A stretch of 64,000 nucleotides of DNA, taken from the NCBI GenBank assembly GCA_036002305.1, contig DASYTL010000020.1, positions 35,852 to 99,851 of the forward strand. The letters run 5' to 3'. Under the pieces are notes generated by a model that had not been told where the DNA came from, ran no database searches, and was given only the letters and a program-made list of their open reading frames with translations. Every line of letters begins with the position of its first letter. The stretch's first letter is position 1. The translations under genes were made by a program, and so were the position numbers. Shown piece by piece: positions 9,032 through 20,416 of the stretch. The stretch is from Candidatus Limnocylindria bacterium (lineage in GTDB: Bacteria > Chloroflexota > Limnocylindria > P2-11E).

Positions 9032-12000
9032 CTAGTAGGCGCCTACGTCGTCGAATACCACTGTGCCCGTGGTGTGAAGGTCAGTGGGCGCGAAGCCTTG
9101 CAGGGTGACGGTCGCCCCCGTCGCGCCGGCGGGCACGCTTACCGTGCCGGTGAGCGTGCCGATCGCGCTCCCGGCCGCGCCGGTCGCGCCGATCGCCGTC
9201 GAAATGACTTTGCCGGAGAGACCGGTGAACGACAGCGTGAGGCTCGGCGCGCTGGAGGCGCCGAAGCCACGGACGCTGACGCTCACCACGAGTGTCTCGC
9301 CGGCGGTCACGCCGAACGGCGAGGAGGTCCACGACCCGCCGGTCGGACCGCCGGTGCCGATGACGGAGACGCTCCGGGTGCCGTCCGTCGCGAGGGTCGG
9401 GTCATTGCTCGTGCCAGTGCTACCGCTCGGGGTCCACCCATCCGGCTGGCCCGACGAGGTCTGCTGCTCGAAGCTGCCGTTGCGCACACGGTTGCCGCGA
9501 ACATTCACGATCCGCGAAGCCGAGTTGTTGTCCTCGCGGATCTCGGAGATCGCGCTCGCCGGGTCCGCGACGACCGTGATGACATGGTCGCCCTGCACGT
9601 GCTTGGTGTCCCAGATCGTGCTCGCGACGCCGGTGCCGCCGGCCGCGATCGACGCGATCGTCTTGTCCGCGCCGAGCTGCGCTCCGTCGACGAGGAACCG
9701 AACCGCGACGTTGCTCGCCCCGACGTCGCCGACGTTCCGGATGGTGGCGGCGATCGTCGTCGTCTCCTTGAGGCCGGTCACGGCGATGTCGCCGGAGGCG
9801 AGGGTGAGGTCCGGCTTCGCGCAGTCACGCAGCGTGTACGTGCCGGCGCTCGTCGAGTCGATGTTCGTGGTCAGCGTGCCCGGCACCGCCGGACCGGCCG
9901 CGCCGACGATACCGGTGATCGTCTGGCCGATCTGCGGACTCAGGATCTTGGTCGCCGCGATCGTGATCGTGATCGTCCCGTTGGACGTGAAGCCTCCCGC
10001 CTCAGGCGCGCCGAGGATGCTGAAGGATCCGCCGGAGAGCGTGCCGTAGACGAAGCTCGGACTGCCCGAGGTGCCGTTCAGCATCTGCACGAAGTAGCTC
10101 GTCCCGGCCGGTGCGCCCGGTGGCACGAAGGCGATGCGCCAGTGTGACTCGGGCGGAAGGACGCTCAGGCTCGCGACCTTCATGCGGAACGCGATGTTCG
10201 GGATCGGCTGATCCCCGAATGTCGGGAAGAGCCCGGCGACGCCGATCTCGCGTATGTCGTGCGCGGGGCTGATCGAGACCGGCTGGCCGTTGACGGTCGC
10301 GTCGGACGGGTCGGTGACGACCGTCGTGTCCGGGATGGCGCAGGCTTGCGCCGGAGCGGCGCCCTTCGCTTTCACCGCGACCGGGAAGTGCTGCGCGGGC
10401 AGCGCGGTGCTCGGTGCGAATCGGACCTCGCCGAACTGCCAGAAGCTGGGAACGAGCCCGGTGTTCGTCGCGGTGATCGTGACGGTCTGTGTCGATGGCA
10501 GTCCAAGCGCGCTCGGCGCGAGCGTGAAGGTCGAGGGGCTCACGCTGAGGGTGAAGCCGCTCGACGACGCCGTCGTGACAGTCCAGGCCACGGCGCCGCT
10601 GGCGGTGCTGGTGACGATGCGCGACCAGGTGCACGTCGTGCGGCAATCGTCGTTCGCGAGGCTCGCGAGGTTCAAGCCGCGGGCGCTCCCCCCGAGCGCG
10701 GGATTCGCGGCCTGATACGAACCGACGCTCTCGTCGAGCGTCAGGCCCGCGCGGACGGCGCGGGCCACGTTGATGCGGCCTCCGCCCCGGTCGAACGGGT
10801 CGGCGGGGGTGGCGTGGTCTTCCTTCGTCACGCTGACGCTCTCTTTCCCGCCGTCCGGCGTCGTGAAACCGGTGCTCATGAGCGCGGACTTCACCTGGTC
10901 GGGGGTCCAATCGCGATGTGCGGCGCGCACGAGCGCCCCCGCGCCCGCGGCATGCGGGCTCGACATCGACGTGCCCTGGATGATGTTGTACTCGGGCGTG
11001 TTCGGCGGTCCCGCGTGCGTGTTGTACGCCGCGAGGATCGCGACGCCCGGCGCGGTGACGTCGGGCTTGATGACGTTTGGAATGTTGAGGTCGGGACCGC
11101 GCGAGCTGAAATAGGCCATGCGGTCCGCGAGCGCGGCGTCCTCCTCGATGATCGTCGCCTCGATGGTCGCCGAGTGGCCGGTGCCGCCAGCGAGCCACGA
11201 GCGCAGCGTGGCACCGTCGAACTCGCTGATCATCACCGCGGGCAGCACGTGGGTGTCGGCGATGACGCTCGCCTTCGCGCCCGCCTGCGCGACAAGGACC
11301 ATGCCGGCGCCGCCCGCGGCCTTGACGTTCTCGCCCTTCGCGACGCGCCCGATCACGCCTTGCGTGCAGACGACGATCCTGCCCGTGATAGCGGCTGCCT
11401 GGGTCGCCGTGAACGTATTGCAGAGCTCGTTGCCGACACCCTTCGCGTCGACGATCGGCAGGGGCCCGGCCCCTGAGGTGACGGTCATGCCCGTGAGGAC
11501 CGGCAGCGCCGAGGCGCCACCGGTCGTCATCAGCCGTCCCGTGGGACGGCGGTCATGGGTGCTGGCGCCGAGGGCGAGAAGCCATGGCGAGTTCGCCGGC
11601 CGACCGACGGTCGACGGGTTCGGGCCGCTGTTCCCGGCGGATGCGGCGACGAAGATCCCCGCCGAGCGCGAGCCGAAGAAGGACAGGCCCAGCGGGTCCT
11701 GCCATGGGTCGGCCGAGCCGCCGCCGATCGAGAAGTTGATGACGTCGACGACGTCGGCGGTCGCCTGGTCGATGGCCGCCAGAAGCGCGTCGAGCGGGCA
11801 CGTGCCGAGATTGACGACTCCCGCTGGATTGAAGTTCGCCGCCTGGCAGGCCTTGTACGAGATCACGTTCGCGTGCGGCGCCACGCCGGAGATGCGACGG
11901 CTGAGCGTCGTCGTCGGCGCATAGAGCGTGGCGTCGACGACGTTACCGGCGACGGTGCTCGCGGTGTGGCTGCCATGCCCGACGTCGTCCTCGACCTCCG

Positions 12001-12736
12001 GGCCGGTGAAGCCGTAGAGACCGATGAGCTTGTCATTGCATTTTGTGACGTCGGCGAGGCAGACGCCGAAGCGGTGGCCCCTCGGGTTGGCATGCACGTA
12101 GCCGTCGATCGGGCCGACGGCGGCGAACGACGGGTGATCGGTATTGACGCCGGTGTCGATGATCCCGGCGACGATCCCCTCGCCCTTGGTGCCAGGGCCG
12201 CCCGTCGCGGTGCCCGCCCAGACGTCGTCGGCGTCCATCCACATCGGGCCGTTGTCGGTCAGCGTCTCGAGGAGCTCTTGCTTGCGCACGAACGCGACGC
12301 CGGAAAGGGAACTGACCTTCGCGGCCTCCGCTGAGGTCAGCGTCACGGCGATCCCCGCGATCGCGTACGCGTAGCTGCGGTTCGCCGTCAGCGAGCGGCC
12401 GAGCGCGCTTCGCATGGCCGCGAGCAGCGACGACCTCCGTGATCCAAGGTAGGTGAGGTAGGCCTGGCTCGCCGAGCTCGTCGGGTCGAGCCGCGCTTCC
12501 TTCCGCGCCTCGGGGTTCGTGGCCGCGAGGCCCGCGACTCCCCCGCGATACAGGGCAAGCGGCGCGTCGGTCTGCACGACGATGTAGGTGGCGATGTCGT
12601 TGACCGCGGCCACCGTCGCGGAAGCTCCGCGGAGGTCGAGCGCGGCATGCGCTGGGGAGACGAGGATGCCCGGCGAGATCGCCGCGAACACGACGACGAA
12701 CGACGCGATGCCCGGCCACCATGACCGCGATCCCAT
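9032..12736 (-). CDS. secreted subtilisin-like (S8) serine protease with propeptide, PA insert and long C-terminal extension (CARDB-like plus CBM-like)
   Basis: 1234 aa. Signal peptide ...VSPAHA-ALD. Catalytic triad motifs AGIIDTGVNTDH, HGSHTASTVAGN, GTSMSSPHAAGAGALV. CARDB-like segment DLTLASGDIAVTG...IRNVGDVGASNVAVRFLVDG...EDNNSA. Terminal segment NGSFEQQTSSGQPDGWT. Confidence 0.9.
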   Translation of the reverse strand: MGSRSWWPGIASFVVVFAAISPGILVSPAHAALDLRGASATVAAVNDIATYIVVQTDAPLALYRGGVAGLAATNPEARKEARLDPTSSASQAYLTYLGSRRSSLLAAMRSALGRSLTANRSYAYAIAGIAVTLTSAEAAKVSSLSGVAFVRKQELLETLTDNGPMWMDADDVWAGTATGGPGTKGEGIVAGIIDTGVNTDHPSFAAVGPIDGYVHANPRGHRFGVCLADVTKCNDKLIGLYGFTGPEVEDDVGHGSHTASTVAGNVVDATLYAPTTTLSRRISGVAPHANVISYKACQAANFNPAGVVNLGTCPLDALLAAIDQATADVVDVINFSIGGGSADPWQDPLGLSFFGSRSAGIFVAASAGNSGPNPSTVGRPANSPWLLALGASTHDRRPTGRLMTTGGASALPVLTGMTVTSGAGPLPIVDAKGVGNELCNTFTATQAAAITGRIVVCTQGVIGRVAKGENVKAAGGAGMVLVAQAGAKASVIADTHVLPAVMISEFDGATLRSWLAGGTGHSATIEATIIEEDAALADRMAYFSSRGPDLNIPNVIKPDVTAPGVAILAAYNTHAGPPNTPEYNIIQGTSMSSPHAAGAGALVRAAHRDWTPDQVKSALMSTGFTTPDGGKESVSVTKEDHATPADPFDRGGGRINVARAVRAGLTLDESVGSYQAANPALGGSARGLNLASLANDDCRTTCTWSRIVTSTASGAVAWTVTTASSSGFTLSVSPSTFTLAPSALGLPSTQTVTITATNTGLVPSFWQFGEVRFAPSTALPAQHFPVAVKAKGAAPAQACAIPDTTVVTDPSDATVNGQPVSISPAHDIREIGVAGLFPTFGDQPIPNIAFRMKVASLSVLPPESHWRIAFVPPGAPAGTSYFVQMLNGTSGSPSFVYGTLSGGSFSILGAPEAGGFTSNGTITITIAATKILSPQIGQTITGIVGAAGPAVPGTLTTNIDSTSAGTYTLRDCAKPDLTLASGDIAVTGLKETTTIAATIRNVGDVGASNVAVRFLVDGAQLGADKTIASIAAGGTGVASTIWDTKHVQGDHVITVVADPASAISEIREDNNSASRIVNVRGNRVRNGSFEQQTSSGQPDGWTPSGSTGTSNDPTLATDGTRSVSVIGTGGPTGGSWTSSPFGVTAGETLVVSVSVRGFGASSAPSLTLSFTGLSGKVISTAIGATGAAGSAIGTLTGTVSVPAGATGATVTLQGFAPTDLHTTGTVVFDDVGAY

Positions 12737-12938
12737 CGATTGACTCCACGCTGCACGAACGCGCGCGGGACCGCGCGGCTGTCAGCGAGAAACGATCATC
12801 GGCGCGACGAGCGGGAGGTCCAAGTCAATTTTTGGGTAACGCGCGCGTAACGCCCCGGATCGCGCGCGGCCTCCTCCACGGGCGGGCGCCGGGCGAGATA
12901 CCGAGCGCATGTCGTGCCGCCCGCGCGGCAGCGCGATC

Positions 12939-14639
12939 TCAATTGACCGTCGTCGTGTCGTGACCTTTGGTGAGCCAGGTGGGGATCGCTCTCGCGACCA
13001 TGGGCCGGGCCACGTAGAAGCCCTGGGCCGCGTCGCAGCGGAGGCCGGCGAGGGCATCCCAGGTCGCGCGGTCCTCGATGCCTTCGGCGACGACCTTCAT
13101 GCCGAGGGAGTGCCCGAGCTCGATGATCAGCTTCACGATGGACTCGCTGCTGCGGTCGCGGGTCATTCGGCTCACGAAGGAGCGGTCGATCTTGACGGCG
13201 TAGGCTGGCAGGCGCTGAAGATAGGCGAGCGACGAGTACCCCACGCCGAAATCGTCGATCGCCAGCTGCACGCCCAGAGCGCGAAGGCCCTCGACCGCGC
13301 GCATCGCGCGCTGGGGATCGGCCATCAGCATCGACTCGGTGATCTCGAGCCCGACGAGCTCCGGCCGCGCGCCGGTCCGCTCGATCGCGCGCGCGACGGT
13401 GGGCACGAGCTCGGGGTCGAGAAGGTTGCGCATCGAGAGGTTCACCGCGCCCTGCAGCGGCAGGCCGAGCTTCTGCCAGGCCTGACACTGCCGCAGTGTG
13501 GTGACGAGGACGTGCTCGAAGAGCGAGCGGACGAGCCCCGACCGCTCCGCGAGCGGGATGAACTCCGCGGGCGGAACGAGCCCGCGGTCGCGATGCCGCC
13601 ATCGCGCGAGCGCTTCGACGCGGGTCACCGCGAGCGACTCCATCGTGATGATCGGCTGGTACATGACCGTGACCTCGTCGTGGGAGAGGCCGTGCCGCAG
13701 CTCGGCCATGAGCGCGAGCTGGTTCGAGCCCTCGTCCTCCCCTGTCTGGTCGGCGTAGACGCCGAAGCCGGCCGCCGATCGCTTCGCCGTGTACATCGCG
13801 ATGTCGGCCCGCCGGAGCAGGGTCTGCACGTCCTCGCCGTGGCGAGGCCAGAGCGCGATGCCGATCGACGCGCTGACCTCGAGCACGCCGCCCTCGATCT
13901 CGTATGGGCGCTGCAGCGCCGCCACGATCTTCTTCGCCACCTTGATCGCGCCGTCCTCGTCGGTGCCCGGAAGGACGAGCGCGTACTCGTCCCCGCCGAT
14001 GCGGGCCACGGTGTCGGTGTCGCGAAGATCCCCACGTAGCCGCGCCGCGGTCTCACGCAGGAGCGCATCGCCGGCCTCGTGCCCGAGGCTGTCGTTCACC
14101 TGACGGAAGCGGTCGAGGCCGAGGACGAGCAGCGCGAGCGGCGCGCTGAAGCGGCGCGACGTGCGCACGGCCTGCTCGAGCCGGTCGAGCATCAGGACGC
14201 GATTTGGGAGGCCGGTGAGCTGGTCGTGCAGCGCCTGCCGCTCGAGCTCGTGTTCGGCTTTCTTGCGGTCGGTGACGTCGGTGAAGCTCGACACCACCTC
14301 CTGCACACGCCCGTGTTCGTCCATGATCGGCACAGCGTCGACGAGTAACCAGCGCACATAGCCGTCGGAGCGCACCATGCCCATCATCACGTTGCGAATG
14401 GGCTCACCGCGGGCCTGCGCCGCGACGTTCGGGACCTCGTCGTCAGGCATGGGGGTGCCGTCTTCGCGGATCCGACGATCCTCGCCCGGCGGCTCGGCTC
14501 CCTCGAGCTGATCCGGCGGGCGGCCGAAGATGCGTTTCGCCGCGGCGTTCGCGAATACGACCGCCCCGGCGGCGTTGCGGACGACGACGCCACACGCCAT
14601 CGCGTCATAAATGGCGGTGAGGTCTCGCTCCTCCCTCAC
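12939..14639 (-). CDS. PAS - GGDEF - EAL protein (c-di-GMP cyclase/phosphodiesterase)
   Basis: 566 aa. N-terminal PAS. RDTD (RxxD I-site) lies 5 aa before the variant GGDEY (ARIGGDEYALVL). EAL domain strings: VEALARWRH, GLEITES, LAIDDFGVGYSSL, KIDRSF, AEGIE. Confidence 0.9.
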   Translation of the reverse strand: MREERDLTAIYDAMACGVVVRNAAGAVVFANAAAKRIFGRPPDQLEGAEPPGEDRRIREDGTPMPDDEVPNVAAQARGEPIRNVMMGMVRSDGYVRWLLVDAVPIMDEHGRVQEVVSSFTDVTDRKKAEHELERQALHDQLTGLPNRVLMLDRLEQAVRTSRRFSAPLALLVLGLDRFRQVNDSLGHEAGDALLRETAARLRGDLRDTDTVARIGGDEYALVLPGTDEDGAIKVAKKIVAALQRPYEIEGGVLEVSASIGIALWPRHGEDVQTLLRRADIAMYTAKRSAAGFGVYADQTGEDEGSNQLALMAELRHGLSHDEVTVMYQPIITMESLAVTRVEALARWRHRDRGLVPPAEFIPLAERSGLVRSLFEHVLVTTLRQCQAWQKLGLPLQGAVNLSMRNLLDPELVPTVARAIERTGARPELVGLEITESMLMADPQRAMRAVEGLRALGVQLAIDDFGVGYSSLAYLQRLPAYAVKIDRSFVSRMTRDRSSESIVKLIIELGHSLGMKVVAEGIEDRATWDALAGLRCDAAQGFYVARPMVARAIPTWLTKGHDTTTVN

Positions 14640-14705
14640 GATGGCGAGCCCGCGGTGCGTCCCTCCGCGCGACCGCGACGCAGCGACGCTACCGGCAGGT
14701 TGCCT

Positions 14706-14722
14706 GCCTTGAACTTCAAGGC
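14706..14722. promoter_or_regulatory. AT-rich 8-1-8 palindrome GCCTTGAA-C-TTCAAGGC between the ettA stop and the GGDEF-EAL start
   Basis: Read directly. It could be an RNA hairpin (7-bp stem, 3-nt loop) ending ettA, or an operator about 70 nt upstream of the 14639 start. Confidence 0.3.
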
Positions 14723-14799
14723 GGTATCGGGCTGATGGCCCGGAAGTACTAGGGCGGCGAATCAGGCTTCAATCACGAACCGAGGCAAGGACTCCGGGA

Positions 14800-16479
<1,680 letters not shown>

Positions 16480-16501
16480 CCAAAAACCGTAACAGGTAAC
16501 C

Positions 16502-19072
16502 TTGGGTGTCAGCGTGGGCGAGGACAAGCGCAACTTCCGACTGTCGAAGAGCGTTCGGCCGACCCGGTACGAGCTCCGGTTCGACCTGGACCTCGACACA
16601 TGGACGTCCCGCGGCCGCGAGCGGATCGGGATCACCCTCGATGCGCCCGCACGTGAGATCGTCCTCCACTCGGTCGATCTGAACATCGAGCGTGCCTCGA
16701 TCGAGGGCGGCCCGAAGATGACGGATGTCTCCTATGAGCCCGAGTCGCAGACCGCGACGCTCCGTTTCGAGAGCGAGATCGCGAAGGGCGAGCGGCGGCT
16801 CGTGATCGAGTGGACCGGCGAGATCCGCGAAGCGCTGCGCGGGCTGTACCGCTCGACACGCCCTGGCGAGCGCTACGCGGCCACGCAGTTCGAGGCGGCT
16901 GACGCGCGGCGGGCGTATCCGAACTTCGATGAGCCCGAGTTCAAGGCCCGTTTCGCGCTCGAGCTCGTCCATCCGACCGGGCTCATAGCGATCGCCAACA
17001 ATCCGGTCGAGCGCACCGAGACGCTCGCCGACGGCCGCACGCTCACCCGCTTCGTCGAGACCCCCAAGATCTCTCCCTACCTGCTCGCTTTCACCGTCGG
17101 GCCGTACGAAGCGACCGACATCGCGCAGACGAAGAGCGGAGTCGCGACGCGCGTGTGGCTCCCGCCTGGGCTCGCCCAGCAGGGCATCTACGCTCGTGAC
17201 GCCCACGTCCGCTCGCTGGAGTACCTCGAGACGTACACGGGCATGCCCTACCCCTACATCAAGGTCGACGCGATCGGCATCCCGGACTTCGAGGCCGGCG
17301 CGATGGAGAACCCGGGCGCGATCACGTACCGCACCCGCCTCCTGGCCGCGGACGAGAAGAACGCCTCGATCGCCGCGTTCAAGAGCATCTTCTCGACCGC
17401 TGCGCACGAGCTGACCCACATGTGGTGGGGCGACCTCGTGACCATGAAGTGGTGGACCGACCTCTGGCTGAACGAGTCGTTCGCGAGCTTCGTGGGCGAA
17501 AAGGCCACGGCGGCGCTGAACCCCGAGTGGGGCTTCTGGCGCGACTTCATCGCGCAGAACGCGAGTGGCTTCAACCTGGACGCGCTGGCATCGACGCATC
17601 CGATCTCGGTGGAAGCCAGGAACGCCGACGAGGCGTCGGAACGCTTCGACGCGATCACCTATACGAAGGGCGGGGCGGTGCTGCGGATGATCGAGGGGTA
17701 CCTCGGCGAGGAGGCCTTCCGCGAGGGCGTCCGCATCTACCTCCGGCGGTTCGCCGAGGCCAACGCCTCGGCCGACGACTTCTGGCAGGCGCTCGACGAG
17801 GCATCCGGGCAGGACGTCACGAAGATCGCGAATGCCTGGATCAAAGAGTCCGGCCATCCGCTGGTGCAGATCGACGCGCGCGAGGCCGGGGACGGTCTCG
17901 AGCTCACCCTGTCGCAGACGCGCTACTTCTCGGATCCCCAGGCGAAGCCGACCGGTCAGATCTGGCCCGTGCCGCTCGTGATCAAGTACGGACGCCGCGA
18001 GGGCGCTCGCGAGCAACGGGTCCTCCTCACGACCGAGCGAACGACGGTGACACTGCCCGGCGCGCGGTGGTTCTATCCGAACGCCGGCGGCCGCGGGTTC
18101 TATCGCTTCCGGCTGGCCGGCATCTCGGAGCAGCGGCTGGACGACGGAATCCGCGAGCTAGGCGCGGAGGAGCGGCTGAACCTGATCGACAACCTGTGGG
18201 CGCTCACCCGCCACGGGAAGGCAACGCTCGCGGCGTTCATGCATCGGCTCGAGACCTTGCGGGGCGAAGAGGACCGCGCGGTCGTCTCGGCGATCTCCGA
18301 GGCCCTCAACTGGATCGCGAACAACGCCGTGCGCGACGCCACTGAGCCCGCCTTCCGCCGCTTCGTCGAGGATCTCTACCGGCCGATGTTCGAGCCTCTC
18401 GGGTTCGAGACCCGCCCGAGCGACGACCCCGACACCCGCGAGAAGCGGGGCCGGGTCCTCGCGATGCTCGGCACGCACGGCGGCGCCCAGGACGTGCGCG
18501 AGGAGGCCGGCCGGCGCGTCCGCGCGCACCTCGAGGGACGCTCGCGGCTCGACCCGGATGTGGCGGGCGCGCTTGTCAGCGTGGCGGCCGTCGACGGCGA
18601 GGCGGAGCTCTACGAGCGCTACGTCGCGCGGATGAAGCAGGCCGCCGCCGACGACGCCCAGGAGGAGGCGCGGTTCCGGCAGGCGATCGTCTCGTTCGAG
18701 CGGCCGGAGCTCGTCCGCCGGACGACCGAGTCGATCTTCACCGACCTGATCCGCCCGATGGAGCGCGGGCTGATGGTCCTTCCGCTCCTGCAGCAGCGCC
18801 GGTCACGGCGCATCGCCTGGCCGATCATCCGCGACCGCTGGGACACCGACGTCGCGCCTGCGGAGCCCCTTCTCAAGCAGCGGTTCGTCAACGCGGTGAG
18901 CCAGCTGGCCCAGCCGGATCTGGTCGACGACGCGATTCGCTTCCTCGAGGCCAAGCGCACGACCGATGTGAACGAGGTCGTCGCTCAGAGCATCGAGCGG
19001 CTGCGGGTGAACACCGCCGCGGCGCAGCGCCTCGCCGACGAGCTGGAGGACGCCCTCAAAGTCCCGGCCTGA
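16502..19072 (+). CDS. M1 family aminopeptidase (aminopeptidase N-like)
   Basis: 856 aa. GAMENPG exopeptidase motif and HELTHMWWGDLVTMKWWTDLWLNESFA (HExxH-18-E). ERAP1-like C-terminal helical domain. Start is TTG at 16502 or GTG at 16514, only about 22-35 nt from the divergent ettA start. Confidence 0.9.
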   Translation: MGVSVGEDKRNFRLSKSVRPTRYELRFDLDLDTWTSRGRERIGITLDAPAREIVLHSVDLNIERASIEGGPKMTDVSYEPESQTATLRFESEIAKGERRLVIEWTGEIREALRGLYRSTRPGERYAATQFEAADARRAYPNFDEPEFKARFALELVHPTGLIAIANNPVERTETLADGRTLTRFVETPKISPYLLAFTVGPYEATDIAQTKSGVATRVWLPPGLAQQGIYARDAHVRSLEYLETYTGMPYPYIKVDAIGIPDFEAGAMENPGAITYRTRLLAADEKNASIAAFKSIFSTAAHELTHMWWGDLVTMKWWTDLWLNESFASFVGEKATAALNPEWGFWRDFIAQNASGFNLDALASTHPISVEARNADEASERFDAITYTKGGAVLRMIEGYLGEEAFREGVRIYLRRFAEANASADDFWQALDEASGQDVTKIANAWIKESGHPLVQIDAREAGDGLELTLSQTRYFSDPQAKPTGQIWPVPLVIKYGRREGAREQRVLLTTERTTVTLPGARWFYPNAGGRGFYRFRLAGISEQRLDDGIRELGAEERLNLIDNLWALTRHGKATLAAFMHRLETLRGEEDRAVVSAISEALNWIANNAVRDATEPAFRRFVEDLYRPMFEPLGFETRPSDDPDTREKRGRVLAMLGTHGGAQDVREEAGRRVRAHLEGRSRLDPDVAGALVSVAAVDGEAELYERYVARMKQAAADDAQEEARFRQAIVSFERPELVRRTTESIFTDLIRPMERGLMVLPLLQQRRSRRIAWPIIRDRWDTDVAPAEPLLKQRFVNAVSQLAQPDLVDDAIRFLEAKRTTDVNEVVAQSIERLRVNTAAAQRLADELEDALKVPA

Positions 19073-19094
19073 TCTCGAAGCCGAATCTGATCGG

Positions 19095-19337
19095 CTAGGG
19101 GAAGCTGTTCCAGCGAGGAAGGAAGACGAGGAAGAGGAATAGGAAGAACACGATCAGGCCGACCGCCGCCATGACGATCTGAAAGGTCACGTACCGGTTC
19201 GCGGCTTCGCCGATACGCGTCGTGCCTGAGGTCGCGCCTCTCAGGACGGCCTCCTTGGCGTCGGCATACTCTCGCTCGCTGAGCGCGCCGCTCCTGTGCA
19301 GGTCCGCCAGCTTCTCGAGCTCTTCAGCGACTCCCAC
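19095..19337 (-). CDS. SHOCT-domain small membrane protein
   Basis: 80 aa. EELEKLADLHRSGALSEREYADAKEAVL (SHOCT-like) followed by one TM (FQIVMAAVGLIVFFLFLFLVFL). Confidence 0.6.
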   Translation of the reverse strand: MGVAEELEKLADLHRSGALSEREYADAKEAVLRGATSGTTRIGEAANRYVTFQIVMAAVGLIVFFLFLFLVFLPRWNSFP

Positions 19338-19357
19338 GCGCCATCCCCCGCTCGGAC

Positions 19358-20362
19358 CTAGCCACCGATGAAGCTCATCTCGATCTTGTGGAGGCCGGCG
19401 GTCTCAGACGAGCGCAGCTCGGAGTAGCGGTCCGTCCGCACCGACCACACGTCCGCGACCGTGCGCGAGATCTCGTCGTCGGTCGCGCCGCTCCGAAGGA
19501 GTCCGCGCAGGTCGTGGCCCTGCGTGGCGAAAAGACACGTATAGAGCGAGCCGTCCGCCGAGAGGCGCGCGCGTGTGCAGTCCGCGCAGAACGGCTGCGT
19601 GACCGAGGCGATGACCCCGATCTCGCCGGATCCGTCCCGGTACCGGTAGCGGTTCGCCACCTCGCCGCGATACGCGGGCTCCACCGGCTCGAGCGGCATC
19701 TCGCGGTCGATCATCGCGACGATCTCGCTAGCAGGAACGACGTCATCGAGGCGCCAGCCGTTCGTCGAGCCCACGTCCATGAATTCGATGAAGCGAAGGG
19801 TCATCCCCGCGTCCTTGAAATAGCGCGCCATCGGCACGATGCTCGACTCGTTCACGCCGCGCTTGGTGACCATGTTGATCTTGATCGGAGCGAGTCCCGC
19901 CGCTTGCGCGGCCTCGATGCCGGCGAGGACCTTCGCCACCGGGAAGTCCACGTCATTCATCCGCTTGAAGGTCGCGTCGTCGAGCGAGTCGAGGCTGACG
20001 GTGATGCGCTTCAGACCCGCGGCCGCGAGCGCCTTCGCCTTCTGCGCGAGGAGCGAGCCGTTCGTGGTGAGCGTGAGGTCGAGGTCGCCGAGGGCCGCGA
20101 GCTTTTCGACGAGGCGCTCGAGGTCCCGCCGGACGAGCGGCTCGCCACCGGTTAGCCGGATCTTCCGCACGCCCAGGCCCAGGAAGATCCGGACGAGGCG
20201 TTCGATCTCCTCGAACGTCAGGATCTCGCTCCGCGGCAGGAACTGGAAGTCCTTGCCGAAGACCTCTTTCGGCATGCAGTAGACGCAGCGGAAGTTGCAA
20301 CGGTCGGTGACGCTGATGCGCAGGTCGTGGAGCGGACGGCCGAGGGTGTCGAGCGGGTACAT
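19358..20362 (-). CDS. moaA: GTP 3',8-cyclase MoaA (radical SAM, molybdenum cofactor biosynthesis)
   Basis: 334 aa. [18 protein letters not shown] (CxxxCxxC). C-terminal second cluster [23 protein letters not shown] tail. Confidence 0.95.
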   Translation of the reverse strand: MYPLDTLGRPLHDLRISVTDRCNFRCVYCMPKEVFGKDFQFLPRSEILTFEEIERLVRIFLGLGVRKIRLTGGEPLVRRDLERLVEKLAALGDLDLTLTTNGSLLAQKAKALAAAGLKRITVSLDSLDDATFKRMNDVDFPVAKVLAGIEAAQAAGLAPIKINMVTKRGVNESSIVPMARYFKDAGMTLRFIEFMDVGSTNGWRLDDVVPASEIVAMIDREMPLEPVEPAYRGEVANRYRYRDGSGEIGVIASVTQPFCADCTRARLSADGSLYTCLFATQGHDLRGLLRSGATDDEISRTVADVWSVRTDRYSELRSSETAGLHKIEMSFIGG

Positions 20363-20376
20363 CGCTGAAAAGTATG

Positions 20377-20400
20377 AGGCCCCGGCCGCGTGGCCGGGGC
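20377..20400 (-). terminator. intrinsic-terminator-like hairpin after the S8 protease gene
   Basis: GGCCCCGGCC-(4 nt)-GGCCGGGGCC, a perfect 10-bp stem. On the minus strand it is followed by TCATACTTTTC. It lies 17 nt upstream of the moaA ATG. Confidence 0.55.
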
Positions 20401-20416
20401 CCCACGAGCTGGATGG

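Noticed and set aside
8156-10147. 663-aa plus-strand ORF
   Set aside because: Antisense to the ArsR/SRPBCC genes and to the S8 protease. Arg/Ala/Gly-rich with no motifs.
20363-20416. Moco riboswitch upstream of moaA
   Set aside because: Only 54 nt are available, and a simple terminator hairpin occupies them. The riboswitch needs well over 100 nt.
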